A DNA stretch of 64,000 bases from contig JBJEUX010000025.1 in assembly GCA_051884055.1 (NCBI GenBank), positions 17,250 to 81,249 on the forward strand. Direction: 5' to 3'. The position numbers were made by a program, and so were the translations under genes. Below, in pieces: positions 1 through 8,399 of this stretch (the first letter of the stretch is position 1; every line of letters begins with the position of its first letter). Below the pieces are notes generated by a model, which worked only from the letters and a program-made list of their open reading frames with translations, searched no databases and was not told the origin of the DNA. The stretch comes from Candidatus Coproplasma sp. (GTDB taxonomy: Bacteria > Bacillota > Clostridia > Christensenellales > Borkfalkiaceae).

Positions 1-233
1 TTTTCGACGGGAGTTTGCAACGACGTAAACGACCGAGAAAAAAATTTTACGCAATGTAGTATTGCGCCGATTGACGGTTAAACGCCGTAGTTGCAAGCAA
101 GACAAGGAGCGGAATTTTTTTCGACGGGAGTTTACAACGACGTAAACGACCGAGAAAAAAATTTTACGCGACGCAGTATTGCGCCGTAAATGCGGCGTTT
201 AAAGCGCTTTGCGTTCAAGCAAAGCTCTCGACA
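1..233. repeat. Tandem ~117-bp duplication downstream of recR. Core copies are 4-69 and 121-186. Spacer 70-116 looks like a degenerate echo of the recR stop region 187-233.
   Basis: Direct reading: tcgacgggagttt(g/a)caacgacgtaaacgaccgagaaaaaaattttacgc...gtattgcgccg occurs twice at period 117 with 4 mismatches in 66. The array is cut by the window edge. Confidence 0.8.
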
Positions 234-789
234 GAGTCACCTCGTCGGTATATTCAAGCTCGCCGCCGATAGGTATGCCGTGCGCCAGACGCGTAACCTT
301 TACGCCCAAGGGCTTTATAAGTTTGGCTATATACATGGCGGTCGCCTCGCCCTCTACGTCGGGATTGGTCGCCATTATGACCTCTGTTACGCTGTCGTCG
401 ATACGGGCGAGCAGTTCCTTTATGCGAATGTCGTTGGGCCCCACGCCGTCCATGGGAGAAATTACGCCGTGAAGAACGTGGTATACCCCCCTGAACTCGC
501 GGAGTTTTTCCATTGCGATTACGTCCTTGGGCTCCTTAACCACGCAAATAACCGATTTATCGCGCGTTTTGCAGATGTCGCAAACCTCGTCCTCGGTAAA
601 GTTTCCGCAGGTTTTACAGTAGCGCACCTTGCGCTTACATTCGGTTATGCTCTGCGCAAATTCCTTAGCTTCCTCTTCGGACATTCCGATTATCTTGTAA
701 GCATACCGCTGGGCGGTCTTTTTGCCCACCCCAGGAAGTTTGGTAAACTGGTTTATCAGTCTGCCGATAGGTTCTATAAATACGTCCAT
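199..789 (-). CDS. recR: Recombination protein RecR
   Basis: 196 aa. Has an N-terminal HhH, a Cys4 zinc motif ([16 protein letters not shown]) and a Toprim-like C-terminal half. Sits in dnaX-ybaB-recR synteny. Confidence 0.95.
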   Translation of the reverse strand: MDVFIEPIGRLINQFTKLPGVGKKTAQRYAYKIIGMSEEEAKEFAQSITECKRKVRYCKTCGNFTEDEVCDICKTRDKSVICVVKEPKDVIAMEKLREFRGVYHVLHGVISPMDGVGPNDIRIKELLARIDDSVTEVIMATNPDVEGEATAMYIAKLIKPLGVKVTRLAHGIPIGGELEYTDEVTLSRALLERKAL

Positions 790-798
790 GCAAATCCC

Positions 799-1164
799 TT
801 AAAGCAATCCGCCCAGACCGCCTGCGTTACCGAACGGTCCCATTTTTTCGTTGTAGACCTCTTCCGCCTTCTTATAGCCGTCGTTGATAGCCGCCATAAT
901 AAGGTCTTCAAGCATTTCCACGTCGTCCTCGTCGGTCAGGTCGACCGTGCCGGAAATGTTGCTGCCGAACTCTATACCGTTGATTATTTTTTTAGCGTTC
1001 ATGTAAACCACGACAGTCTCGTCGCCTTCAACGCCGCCGCCCGAAGTGCCCACAATCTCCCAATCTTCGAGCTCTTTATCTACTTCCTGCATCTGCTCCT
1101 GCATTTTCTGAGCCTGCTTCATAATGTTCTGCATGTTGCCCATGCCGCCGCCTCTATATGCCAT
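799..1164 (-). CDS. ybaB: YbaB/EbfC family nucleoid-associated protein
   Basis: 121 aa, with size and sequence typical of the family. Lies between dnaX and recR. Confidence 0.9.
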   Translation of the reverse strand: MAYRGGGMGNMQNIMKQAQKMQEQMQEVDKELEDWEIVGTSGGGVEGDETVVVYMNAKKIINGIEFGSNISGTVDLTDEDDVEMLEDLIMAAINDGYKKAEEVYNEKMGPFGNAGGLGGLL

Positions 1165-1216
1165 AACAATTCTCCTTTTTAACCGCTAAAGCGGTAATTT
1201 TTGCCGATTTAACGGC

Positions 1217-3046
1217 TTATTTGATATCTATATCGAAACCTTTAAAGTTTTCCTTTAAGCGCCTTTCGGCACTCTGATATTTATCTTCTTCCTTTGGTTT
1301 TAAGCGCACCTCGTGCGAGAATACGCCCAGTTCCGCCAAAGCCTGCGAAATATATCTCGCGTTGTCCTCCCTCGTGAGAGGTTTGAACACCGCGTCCGAA
1401 TCGGTATAAAAAATTATCTTGTCGCCCTCGAACGTGCTCTCCAGATCCATACAGAGCGTGAACAGCACCGCGTTGCGGCGGGTCGTTCTGAACAGGCGCA
1501 AAAACTTGCCGAACACCTGCTTTTTCTGCTCCTCCGTAAGGGACCCGACCTGCACAGGCTCATCCTGCGGAGCGGTCTCCCAGAGCGTGGGCTGAGTAGA
1601 TTTGTTTTCAGGCGCTTCCCTTTCCGCCTTTACAGGGGACGCAAAGGAATTTTCCTCTTCGGTAAAGTGTGAAGCAGCAAGTTTTTCCCTCGACTCTTCT
1701 CTCTTTTTCTGCGGAGCGGAAGCGACTTCGGAAACCTGAGTGCGCTCCTGCACAGCGGGAGCTTCTTCCAAAACCCGAGCCCGCTCTTCACTACGAACCG
1801 CCTTAGGCGCAACCTGAGCAGTTGACGAAACCGGAGCCGAAGCCTGAACAGCCTGAGCCGAAGCCTGAGCAGTCGACGAAATCTGTACCTTTACACCCTC
1901 TTCAAGCTTCTTTTCAAGCAGAGCCACTCTTCCTAAAAGCGCGTCTATATCGTAGTCCGAATCGGGCATCGCGCACTTTAACACCGCCGTTTCCAGAGTA
2001 ATTCTGCCGTTCAGCGCAAAGCGCATATCGCTTTCGCAGGCGGACAATATTTCAGTCACCCTTAATATCTTATGCCCGTCGACACCCGACGCGACAGCGT
2101 TAAGCTTGTTATATCTGTCCGCAGGGATATTCAAAATCTGCGCAGCGTTCCTGCACATTTTAACTATCGCGAGGTTGTTAAGGAAAGTAAGTAAATCCTT
2201 ACACAGCACCCCTACGCTCTTGCCCGTCGAAAGAATACTTTCAACCGAGGACAGAGCGGACGACGCGTCCTGACAAAGTATTTGTCCGCACAGGTCGGCA
2301 ACAGACGAAAAGTCGGCGTTGCCGAGAACTGCGTTCACGTCGTCGTAGGTGAGCTTGCCCGTGGAATACGAAGAACACATATCCGCGATAGAGAGGCTGT
2401 CGCGCGCGCTGCCAGCGCCCGCCCTTGCTATTTCGGAGATAGCTTCGCTTTCGTATTCCTTGCCGATCTTGTCGAAAACGCTCTTTATAAGCTCCTCCAG
2501 ATCGGCTTGGGGAATGAGCTTGAAGTCGAAGCGCATACAGCGCGAGAGTATGGTTGCGGGGATCTTCTGCGGTTCGGTCGTGGCAAGAATGAACACCGCG
2601 TGACGGGGAGGTTCTTCAAGCGTCTTTAACACCGCGTTGAAAGCCGACTGCGTGAGCATGTGGACTTCGTCTATGATATAGACTTTATACCTGCCCGTAA
2701 CGGGCGGATACTGAACTTTTTCGCGCAGGTCGCGCATTTCGTCCACGCCGTTGTTGGATGCCGCGTCTATTTCGGAAATATCAAGGCTGTTGCCCTGAGC
2801 GAGCGCCTTACACGTAGGACATACGCCGCAGGGCGAGCCGTCTACGGGATTTTCGCAGTTGATTGCGCGTGCAAATATCTTTGCAAGCGTGGTCTTACCC
2901 GTTCCGCGGGGACCGCAGAAGAGATATGCGTGACCGATATTTCCCGTCGATATACGGTTTTTGAGAATTCTGACTATGTGTTCCTGCCTGACCACGTCCT
3001 CGAAACGCGTGGGTCGGAACGTGCGGTAAAACGCAAGATAAGCCAT
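1217..3046 (-). CDS. dnaX: DNA polymerase III subunit gamma/tau
   Basis: 609 aa. Has an AAA+ clamp-loader N-terminus (GPRGTGKTT), a zinc module (CGVCPTC) and an SRC motif, then a low-complexity Ala/Gln/Ser/Glu linker before the C-terminal domain. Confidence 0.95.
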   Translation of the reverse strand: MAYLAFYRTFRPTRFEDVVRQEHIVRILKNRISTGNIGHAYLFCGPRGTGKTTLAKIFARAINCENPVDGSPCGVCPTCKALAQGNSLDISEIDAASNNGVDEMRDLREKVQYPPVTGRYKVYIIDEVHMLTQSAFNAVLKTLEEPPRHAVFILATTEPQKIPATILSRCMRFDFKLIPQADLEELIKSVFDKIGKEYESEAISEIARAGAGSARDSLSIADMCSSYSTGKLTYDDVNAVLGNADFSSVADLCGQILCQDASSALSSVESILSTGKSVGVLCKDLLTFLNNLAIVKMCRNAAQILNIPADRYNKLNAVASGVDGHKILRVTEILSACESDMRFALNGRITLETAVLKCAMPDSDYDIDALLGRVALLEKKLEEGVKVQISSTAQASAQAVQASAPVSSTAQVAPKAVRSEERARVLEEAPAVQERTQVSEVASAPQKKREESREKLAASHFTEEENSFASPVKAEREAPENKSTQPTLWETAPQDEPVQVGSLTEEQKKQVFGKFLRLFRTTRRNAVLFTLCMDLESTFEGDKIIFYTDSDAVFKPLTREDNARYISQALAELGVFSHEVRLKPKEEDKYQSAERRLKENFKGFDIDIK

Positions 3047-3047
3047 C

Positions 3048-3602
3048 TTATTCCCCCTTGTAAATTTTTTGCAGTTTGCGCTTGGCGCGCATTATGGCGT
3101 TGTCGACAGTCTTGTAAGACTTTCCTAAGCTCTCGCAGATTCCCGACATCGAAACGCCGTCGACGTACATCGACATCACCTTGTATTCCAACGGAGAGAG
3201 GTTGCGCTTTAATACCGAGTTGAGCTCGCTTTCGCTCTCGGAATTGATGAGCTCGTCCTCGGGACTGCTGCGATGGGAATACAGCCGCTCTTCGCCGTCT
3301 ATGGGCAGGCTGTTGTTGAGCGCGGCGTTCTTGAAATTCGAATTCGCCTTTACAACGTCCAATATTCTGTTTTTAATGCAGGCGTATGCGTAAGCGGAAA
3401 AATCTCTGTCGCCCGACTTGTAGTTCAGCATTGCGGAATAGAGTCCGCACATTCCCTCCTGAACCAGATCTTCGGTCTCGCCGCCCGAAAGAAAAAACCT
3501 TCGCGCAACCTTCAGAACCGCGGTCTTGTAGCCGAGCATAAGCTCTTCGCCTGCCGCTCTGTCGCCGCTCTGAAATGCGGCAACCAGCTCTTCGTCACTC
3601 AT
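3048..3602 (-). CDS. sigH: Sigma-70 family sigma factor, SigH-like by position
   Basis: ORF 3048..3824 trimmed to the ATG at 3602, which gives an ATGA overlap with the rlmB stop. Region 2 (DLVQEGMCGLY) and a region 4 HTH are present. Position after mrnC-rlmB matches the Firmicute sigH neighbourhood. Confidence 0.7.
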   Translation of the reverse strand: MSDEELVAAFQSGDRAAGEELMLGYKTAVLKVARRFFLSGGETEDLVQEGMCGLYSAMLNYKSGDRDFSAYAYACIKNRILDVVKANSNFKNAALNNSLPIDGEERLYSHRSSPEDELINSESESELNSVLKRNLSPLEYKVMSMYVDGVSMSGICESLGKSYKTVDNAIMRAKRKLQKIYKGE

Positions 3603-4315
3603 TTTAACCTCGCTCTCACTACCTCGTAAGCGGCGATACCCAACGCAACCGACGCGTTGAGAGAATTGACCTTGCCGTAAAGGGGCAACGAAAGAGTAAA
3701 ATCGCACTTCTCGCGCGTGAGGCGCTTTACGCCGCTGTCCTCTCCGCCGATTACGAGAGCTATATTGCCGCTTAAATCGGCTTGGTAAATGCTCGTACCG
3801 TCGGCTTCGAGAGCATACAGCCAATAGCCGCTGTCCTTGAGCTGATCGATCGCGCGGTTGAGCGAATTTACCTTGGCAACCTTAACGTGATTTGCCGCAC
3901 CCGCGGAGATGCGGATTACCGCTTCGGTCACGCTTGCGCAGTTGTTGGTAGGGATCACCACGCCGTCCGCGCCCGCGCACTCGGCTACCCTTATGATAGA
4001 GCCGAGGTTGTGCACGTCCTCTATTCCGTCGCATAAAATCACAAAACCGTTGCCGTCCCTGCGCGCGGAAATTATTTCGTCAAGCGACGAATAGCGGTAA
4101 TCGGAAGTTATCGCTATACAGCCCTGATGTCTGCCCGTTTCGCTCTCCTTGTCCAGAACGCGCTTATCGACGAACTGCACGCGCAGTCCGCGCGAGCGCG
4201 CCTCGGCGAAAATCTTGTTGAGCGAGCCCTGCGGCTGTTTTTCTATCATTATCTTTTCTATGGTTATATCCGTCTTTAAAAGCTCTAAAACGGCGTTTCT
4301 ACCCTCGGTTTTCAT
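3599..4315 (-). CDS. rlmB: 23S rRNA 2'-O-ribose methyltransferase, SpoU/TrmH family (RlmB/YacO-like)
   Basis: 238 aa with an N-terminal substrate-binding domain and a SpoU methylase core (LVIGGEDSGV, NSLNASVA). Confidence 0.85.
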   Translation of the reverse strand: MKTEGRNAVLELLKTDITIEKIMIEKQPQGSLNKIFAEARSRGLRVQFVDKRVLDKESETGRHQGCIAITSDYRYSSLDEIISARRDGNGFVILCDGIEDVHNLGSIIRVAECAGADGVVIPTNNCASVTEAVIRISAGAANHVKVAKVNSLNRAIDQLKDSGYWLYALEADGTSIYQADLSGNIALVIGGEDSGVKRLTREKCDFTLSLPLYGKVNSLNASVALGIAAYEVVRARLK

Positions 4316-4704
4316 TCTTGTTCCTCCAAAAGACGGGAAATTCTTTCGTACTGACCCGTCAGATACAGATAGCCCAGCACCGCTTCGAACCCCGTCGAAC
4401 GGTTGTAATCTGCAACGCTGGCGTTCTTGCTCTTAGTCGATTTTTTTGCGTTTCTGCCGCGATGGAAAATCTCGCTTTCTTCCTGCGTGAATTTTTCTTC
4501 AATCTTAAAAAGCAACGCGCTCTGACCCCTTGCCGAAACCTCGGCAGAGGTAATTTTCTGCAGGTCGCAAGGCTTATAGTCGCAACTTGAAACGACCTTG
4601 CTCCTGACGTACAGAGAATATACCGCGTCGCCCACGAACGCAAGAGTTACAGGGGATAATTGCCTCGCCTGCTGAGGCGTTATGCAAGAAAAGAGATTAA
4701 ACAT
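4312..4704 (-). CDS. mrnC: Mini-ribonuclease III
   Basis: ORF 4312..4851 trimmed to the ATG at 4704. Contains LAFVGDAVYSLYVR and GFEAVLGYLYL motifs and has a 4-nt overlap with rlmB. Confidence 0.8.
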   Translation of the reverse strand: MFNLFSCITPQQARQLSPVTLAFVGDAVYSLYVRSKVVSSCDYKPCDLQKITSAEVSARGQSALLFKIEEKFTQEESEIFHRGRNAKKSTKSKNASVADYNRSTGFEAVLGYLYLTGQYERISRLLEEQE

Positions 4705-4771
4705 AATTCCGATTTTAATTATACCACTTTGGTATAAAAAAAGCAATTGTAAAGTAATATATAGCGTGAAA

Positions 4772-5461
4772 ATGTTTGTAGTTAAAAAGGGTATTATAGC
4801 CGCTGTCTGCTGCATTATTGCGGCAGGCATTATCCTGGGCGTATGCGTCAACGTTTCGGGCGCTCAGGCTTCAACAGTAACCTCCACCCTGCCCACCGTC
4901 GTCGTCGACCCGGGACACGGCGGAATAGACGCAGGCGTCAACGGAGTGAATACCAACGTCAAAGAGAGCGCCATAAACCTTGCGATTTCGAAGTATCTCA
5001 AGGGGTATTTTACCAACGCGGGCTTCAACTGCGTGCTGACGCGCACTACCCAGGCGGGGCTATACGGCACTACCGCAAAGGGCTTTAAAATGCGCGATAT
5101 GCTTGCGAGAAAGAGCATTATCGAGGAAAATAACGCAGATATGGTTATTTCCATTCACCAGAATTTCAGTCCGCTGTCTTCAAGGCGCGGCGCGTTCGCC
5201 TTTTACGACAAGGACAGCGCGTGCGGAAAGGCGCTTGCTCAGTCCGTTCAGGACAGCATAAACGACATGCAGGAATGCGTAAAAAAGAACGGAATTTTGA
5301 CGGGCGATTTCTTTATGCTCAAATGCACTGAGAGCGCATCCGTCCTCGTGGAATGCGGTTTTTTATCCAACGCGGAGGACGAAAAACTTCTTATCTCCGA
5401 GGAATATCAACGCGCCATAGCCTACGCCATTTTCAAGGGCGCGGTCAACTATTTTTCGTAA
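4772..5461 (+). CDS. cwlD: N-acetylmuramoyl-L-alanine amidase (Amidase_3), CwlD-like
   Basis: ORF 4682..5461 trimmed to the ATG at 4772. Has an N-terminal TM helix and the motifs VVVDPGHGGIDAG, ISIHQN and VECGFLSN. Confidence 0.7.
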   Translation: MFVVKKGIIAAVCCIIAAGIILGVCVNVSGAQASTVTSTLPTVVVDPGHGGIDAGVNGVNTNVKESAINLAISKYLKGYFTNAGFNCVLTRTTQAGLYGTTAKGFKMRDMLARKSIIEENNADMVISIHQNFSPLSSRRGAFAFYDKDSACGKALAQSVQDSINDMQECVKKNGILTGDFFMLKCTESASVLVECGFLSNAEDEKLLISEEYQRAIAYAIFKGAVNYFS

Positions 5462-5579
5462 GTAAGGAATACCTTACCTGTTGTAAATTCTCTTGGTTTT
5501 TTGCAGTTTTTAATATCAAACGCACAAAAACCGCTTTAAAACCGTGCATAACGGTAGACGCATAATTACAGAGATAATA

Positions 5580-5642
5580 CGGGCACTCAATACACTCTTA
5601 AACAGAATCAGAAAAGGTCGGGCATTCAATACACTCTAAACA
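5580..5642. repeat. Imperfect intergenic direct repeat (units 5580-5604 and 5619-5642, period 39)
   Basis: cgggca(c/t)tcaatacactct(t)aaaca is read twice. Confidence 0.75.
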
Positions 5643-5674
5643 AAATAAGGGCGGCAACGTAAGTTGCCGCCCTT
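5640..5674 (-). terminator. Rho-independent terminator of pnp
   Basis: 12-bp GC-rich stem aagggcggcaac/gttgccgccctt with a gtaa loop. It is followed on the minus strand by ATTTTGTTT. Confidence 0.8.
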
Positions 5675-5708
5675 TACATTAATTGTTATTGTTTAAAGAT
5701 TATTTAAA

Positions 5709-7805
5709 TCAGGAAAGCTTTTCCAAAAGCTTCAAATCGATACCCTTTTCGCCGATCTTGATGATTTCAACCTTTACGGTATCGCCGATATTTACAACGT
5801 CTTCAACCTTGTCAACGCGCTTGGAGGAGAGCTTGGAGATGTGAATCATGCCGTCCTTGCCGGGTGCAAACTCTACGAATGCTCCGAAGGTGAGAATTCT
5901 TACTACCGTTCCGACGAACATGTCGCCCACTTCGGGATCGTGCGCGATAGACATAATGATTGCCTTTGCGCGTTCTGCGTTTTCGATGGGACCTACGGTA
6001 GAGATATAACCTCTGCCGGAATCGTCGTCGTTGAAGTCGATTTCCGTGCCGGTCTCTTCCATAATCTTCTTGATTACGCAGCCCTGCTTGCCGATGACGT
6101 CGCCGATCTTGTCGGGATCAATCTCGAAGTTGATAATCTTGGGTGCGTATACGGAGAGCTGAGGAGCAACTTCGGGAACACATTCAAGCATCTTGGAGAG
6201 AATGAACTGTCTGCCCTCGTTTGCCTGATTGATTGCCGTGTGCATGATCTCTTCGGAAATGCCCTTGATTTTGATATCCATCTGGATAGCGGTGATTCCG
6301 TTTACGGTACCTGCTACCTTGAAGTCCATATCGCCGAGGAAGTCTTCAAGACCCTGAATATCCGTAAGAACGCGGAATTCGCCGGTTTCCTGATTTTTGA
6401 TAAGACCCATTGCAACGCCTGCTACGGGGTTCTTGATGGGAACGCCTGCGTCCATAAGAGCCATAGTCGAACCGCATACCGAAGCCATGGACGAAGAGCC
6501 GTTGGAGCTCATAATATCGTTGACCACGCGGATTGCGTAAGGGAATTCGTCCTCGGAGGGAATTACGGGAACGAGTGCGCGTTCAGCAAGCGCGCCGTGA
6601 CCGATTTCACGTCTGCCGGGGCTTCTTAACGCCTTAGCTTCGCCCGTGCAGTAGCCGGGGAAGTTGTACTGGTGCATATATCTCTTGGAAGTTTCTTCGT
6701 CAAGACCTTCGAGCTTCTGAGCTTCGCCGAGCATGCCGAGCGTACAGGTGGTCAAAGTCTGGGTCTGTCCGCGGGTGAACACAGCCGAGCCGTGAACTCT
6801 GGGAAGAACGTGCTTTTCGCACCAGATGGGACGAACGTCCTTGAGACCTCTGCCGTCGGGGCGGATGCCCTTGTCGAATATCTTTGCGCGTACCTTCTCC
6901 TTGGTCAGATAGTAAACACTGTCCTTTACCTCTCTTACGTTGTCGGGATAGATTTCAGCGAAGTGCTCTAAAATTTCCTTTTCAGCCTGAGCCTGACGAG
7001 CCTCTCTCTCCTGTCTGTCGAACGTGTCGATTGCCCAGTCGATTTTTTCGGAAGCGTATTCGCGAACCGCCTTGTCAAGCTCCTCGGGAATGTGATAGAG
7101 CTCGATTTCAAGCTTCTTCTTGCCGACTTCGGGAACGATAACGTCTTCGATGAAGGCGCAGATCTTCTTGATTTCTTCATGACCAAACATAATTGCGCCG
7201 ACCATTTCTTCGTTGGAAACTTCGTTTGCGCCTGCTTCGATCATCAGGATTGCATCCTTGGTACCTGCAAGGTTGAGGTGAATTGCGCTCTTTTCGCGCT
7301 GAGCGAGGTCGGGGTTGATTACGTACTTGCCGTCAACCATGCCCACTACTATCGAGCCGGTGGGACCTGCCCAAGGAATATCGGAGATAGCCAGAGCTAT
7401 TGAAGAACCTATCATTGCAAGGGGTTCGGGGGAGATATCGGGTTCAACCGACATTGCCTGCGCGATAACTACTACGTCGTTGAAAAGTCCCTTAGGGAAG
7501 AGGGGACGAAGGGGTCTATCGATCAGGCGGGAGGTTAAAATTGCCTTATCGGACGCTCTGCCTTCGCGCTTTTTGAAGCCGCCGGGGATTTTACCGATGG
7601 AGTACATCTTCTCTTCGTAGTCTACCTGAAGAGGGAAGAAATCCATACCTTCTCTGGGTGCTGCGGACATACATACCGAAACCATGACTACGGTTTCGCC
7701 GCAACGAACGACGCACGCGCCGTTAGTCTGTTCTGCATATTTGCCCGTTTCGATAATCACGTCGCGACCGCCGACGGGCATAGTGAATTGTTTGAAATTT
7801 ACCAT
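5709..7805 (-). CDS. pnp: Polyribonucleotide nucleotidyltransferase (PNPase)
   Basis: 698 aa with two RNase PH domains, a KH domain and a C-terminal S1 domain. Lies downstream of rpsO as in most bacteria. Confidence 0.97.
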   Translation of the reverse strand: MVNFKQFTMPVGGRDVIIETGKYAEQTNGACVVRCGETVVMVSVCMSAAPREGMDFFPLQVDYEEKMYSIGKIPGGFKKREGRASDKAILTSRLIDRPLRPLFPKGLFNDVVVIAQAMSVEPDISPEPLAMIGSSIALAISDIPWAGPTGSIVVGMVDGKYVINPDLAQREKSAIHLNLAGTKDAILMIEAGANEVSNEEMVGAIMFGHEEIKKICAFIEDVIVPEVGKKKLEIELYHIPEELDKAVREYASEKIDWAIDTFDRQEREARQAQAEKEILEHFAEIYPDNVREVKDSVYYLTKEKVRAKIFDKGIRPDGRGLKDVRPIWCEKHVLPRVHGSAVFTRGQTQTLTTCTLGMLGEAQKLEGLDEETSKRYMHQYNFPGYCTGEAKALRSPGRREIGHGALAERALVPVIPSEDEFPYAIRVVNDIMSSNGSSSMASVCGSTMALMDAGVPIKNPVAGVAMGLIKNQETGEFRVLTDIQGLEDFLGDMDFKVAGTVNGITAIQMDIKIKGISEEIMHTAINQANEGRQFILSKMLECVPEVAPQLSVYAPKIINFEIDPDKIGDVIGKQGCVIKKIMEETGTEIDFNDDDSGRGYISTVGPIENAERAKAIIMSIAHDPEVGDMFVGTVVRILTFGAFVEFAPGKDGMIHISKLSSKRVDKVEDVVNIGDTVKVEIIKIGEKGIDLKLLEKLS

Positions 7806-7863
7806 TGTCTGTTCTCCTTGTCTGTTCTTGCGCCTGCGACGCCCACGCCGCAGACAAAATTAT

Positions 7864-7904
7864 GAAAAACGGGCGCGCAAAAAGTATAAACTTTGCCCGC
7901 CCGT
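7864..7904 (-). terminator. rpsO terminator/attenuator in the rpsO-pnp spacer
   Basis: Minus-strand hairpin acgggcgggcaaa...tttgcgcgcccgt followed by TTTTT. A second GC stem lies in the pnp leader (7835-7856). Confidence 0.7.
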
Positions 7905-7916
7905 CTATTTCCAAAA

Positions 7917-8171
7917 TTACTTTCTGAGATTCAAAGCAGCGACTATCGCACGGTATCTTTCGATATCCTTGCTCTTTAAATAGTCCAAAAGTCCGCGTCT
8001 GCGACCTACCATCTTGAGAAGACCGCGACGGGAGTGATTGTCGTGAATGTGCTCCTTAAGATGCTCGTTGAGGTGATTGATTCTCTCGGTCAAAAGTGCG
8101 ATCTGCACTTCGGGAGAACCGGTGTCTCCTTCCTTGGTTGCGAACTTTGCGATGATTTCTGACTTATCCAT
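7917..8171 (-). CDS. rpsO: 30S ribosomal protein S15
   Basis: 84 aa, typical S15 sequence. Confidence 0.95.
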   Translation of the reverse strand: MDKSEIIAKFATKEGDTGSPEVQIALLTERINHLNEHLKEHIHDNHSRRGLLKMVGRRRGLLDYLKSKDIERYRAIVAALNLRK

Positions 8172-8399
8172 TTAATTTATCCTCCTATGGAATTTAATAT
8201 GCGGCAATCAAAGTCGGGCGTTGAGTATTCGCACCTCTTTGAATCCGTAGCCTATTCAGTTTACCATATATAAGTAAAAATAGCAAACGTTTTGAACAAG
8301 ATTTTTCAAACAAAATGCAACACGTTTCGTATTGCCTGTATCTGGCGTAACTCCGTACGGTTTTTTCAGTGATAATTTATACGGTAATCTTTTACCGCT

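Noticed and set aside
1-186. Two 66-bp repeats separated by a 47-bp spacer considered as the edge of a CRISPR array
   Set aside because: The repeat is too long and not palindromic in the CRISPR manner. The spacer resembles the recR 3' end. The structure is better explained as a 117-bp tandem duplication.
190-1182. 330-aa plus-strand ORF covering recR and ybaB
   Set aside because: It is antisense to two well-supported conserved genes and has a low-complexity, His/Leu/Phe-rich translation with no recognisable motifs. This is typical of a shadow ORF. The same reasoning applies to 5841-6629(+), 16699-17280(+), 28679-29320(+), 31231-31815(+), 45786-46589(-), 47675-48304(+), 55568-56395(-) and the other long antisense ORFs in the track.
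1217-3046. Programmed -1 frameshift site in dnaX (gamma/tau)
   Set aside because: No A AAA AAG-type slippery heptamer is present. The closest strings (cag aaa aag near 1515 and 1705, minus strand) lack the required X XXY YYZ pattern and have no downstream hairpin.
3603-3824. N-terminal extensions offered by the ORF track (3048-3824, 4312-4851, 4682-5461, 22912-24486, 38563-39639, 53367-55424, 57727-58326)
   Set aside because: The extended parts overlap upstream genes or predicted promoters, lack an RBS and encode non-conserved Arg- or hydrophobic-rich sequence. Internal ATGs with an SD or with stop-start overlaps give family-typical N-termini.
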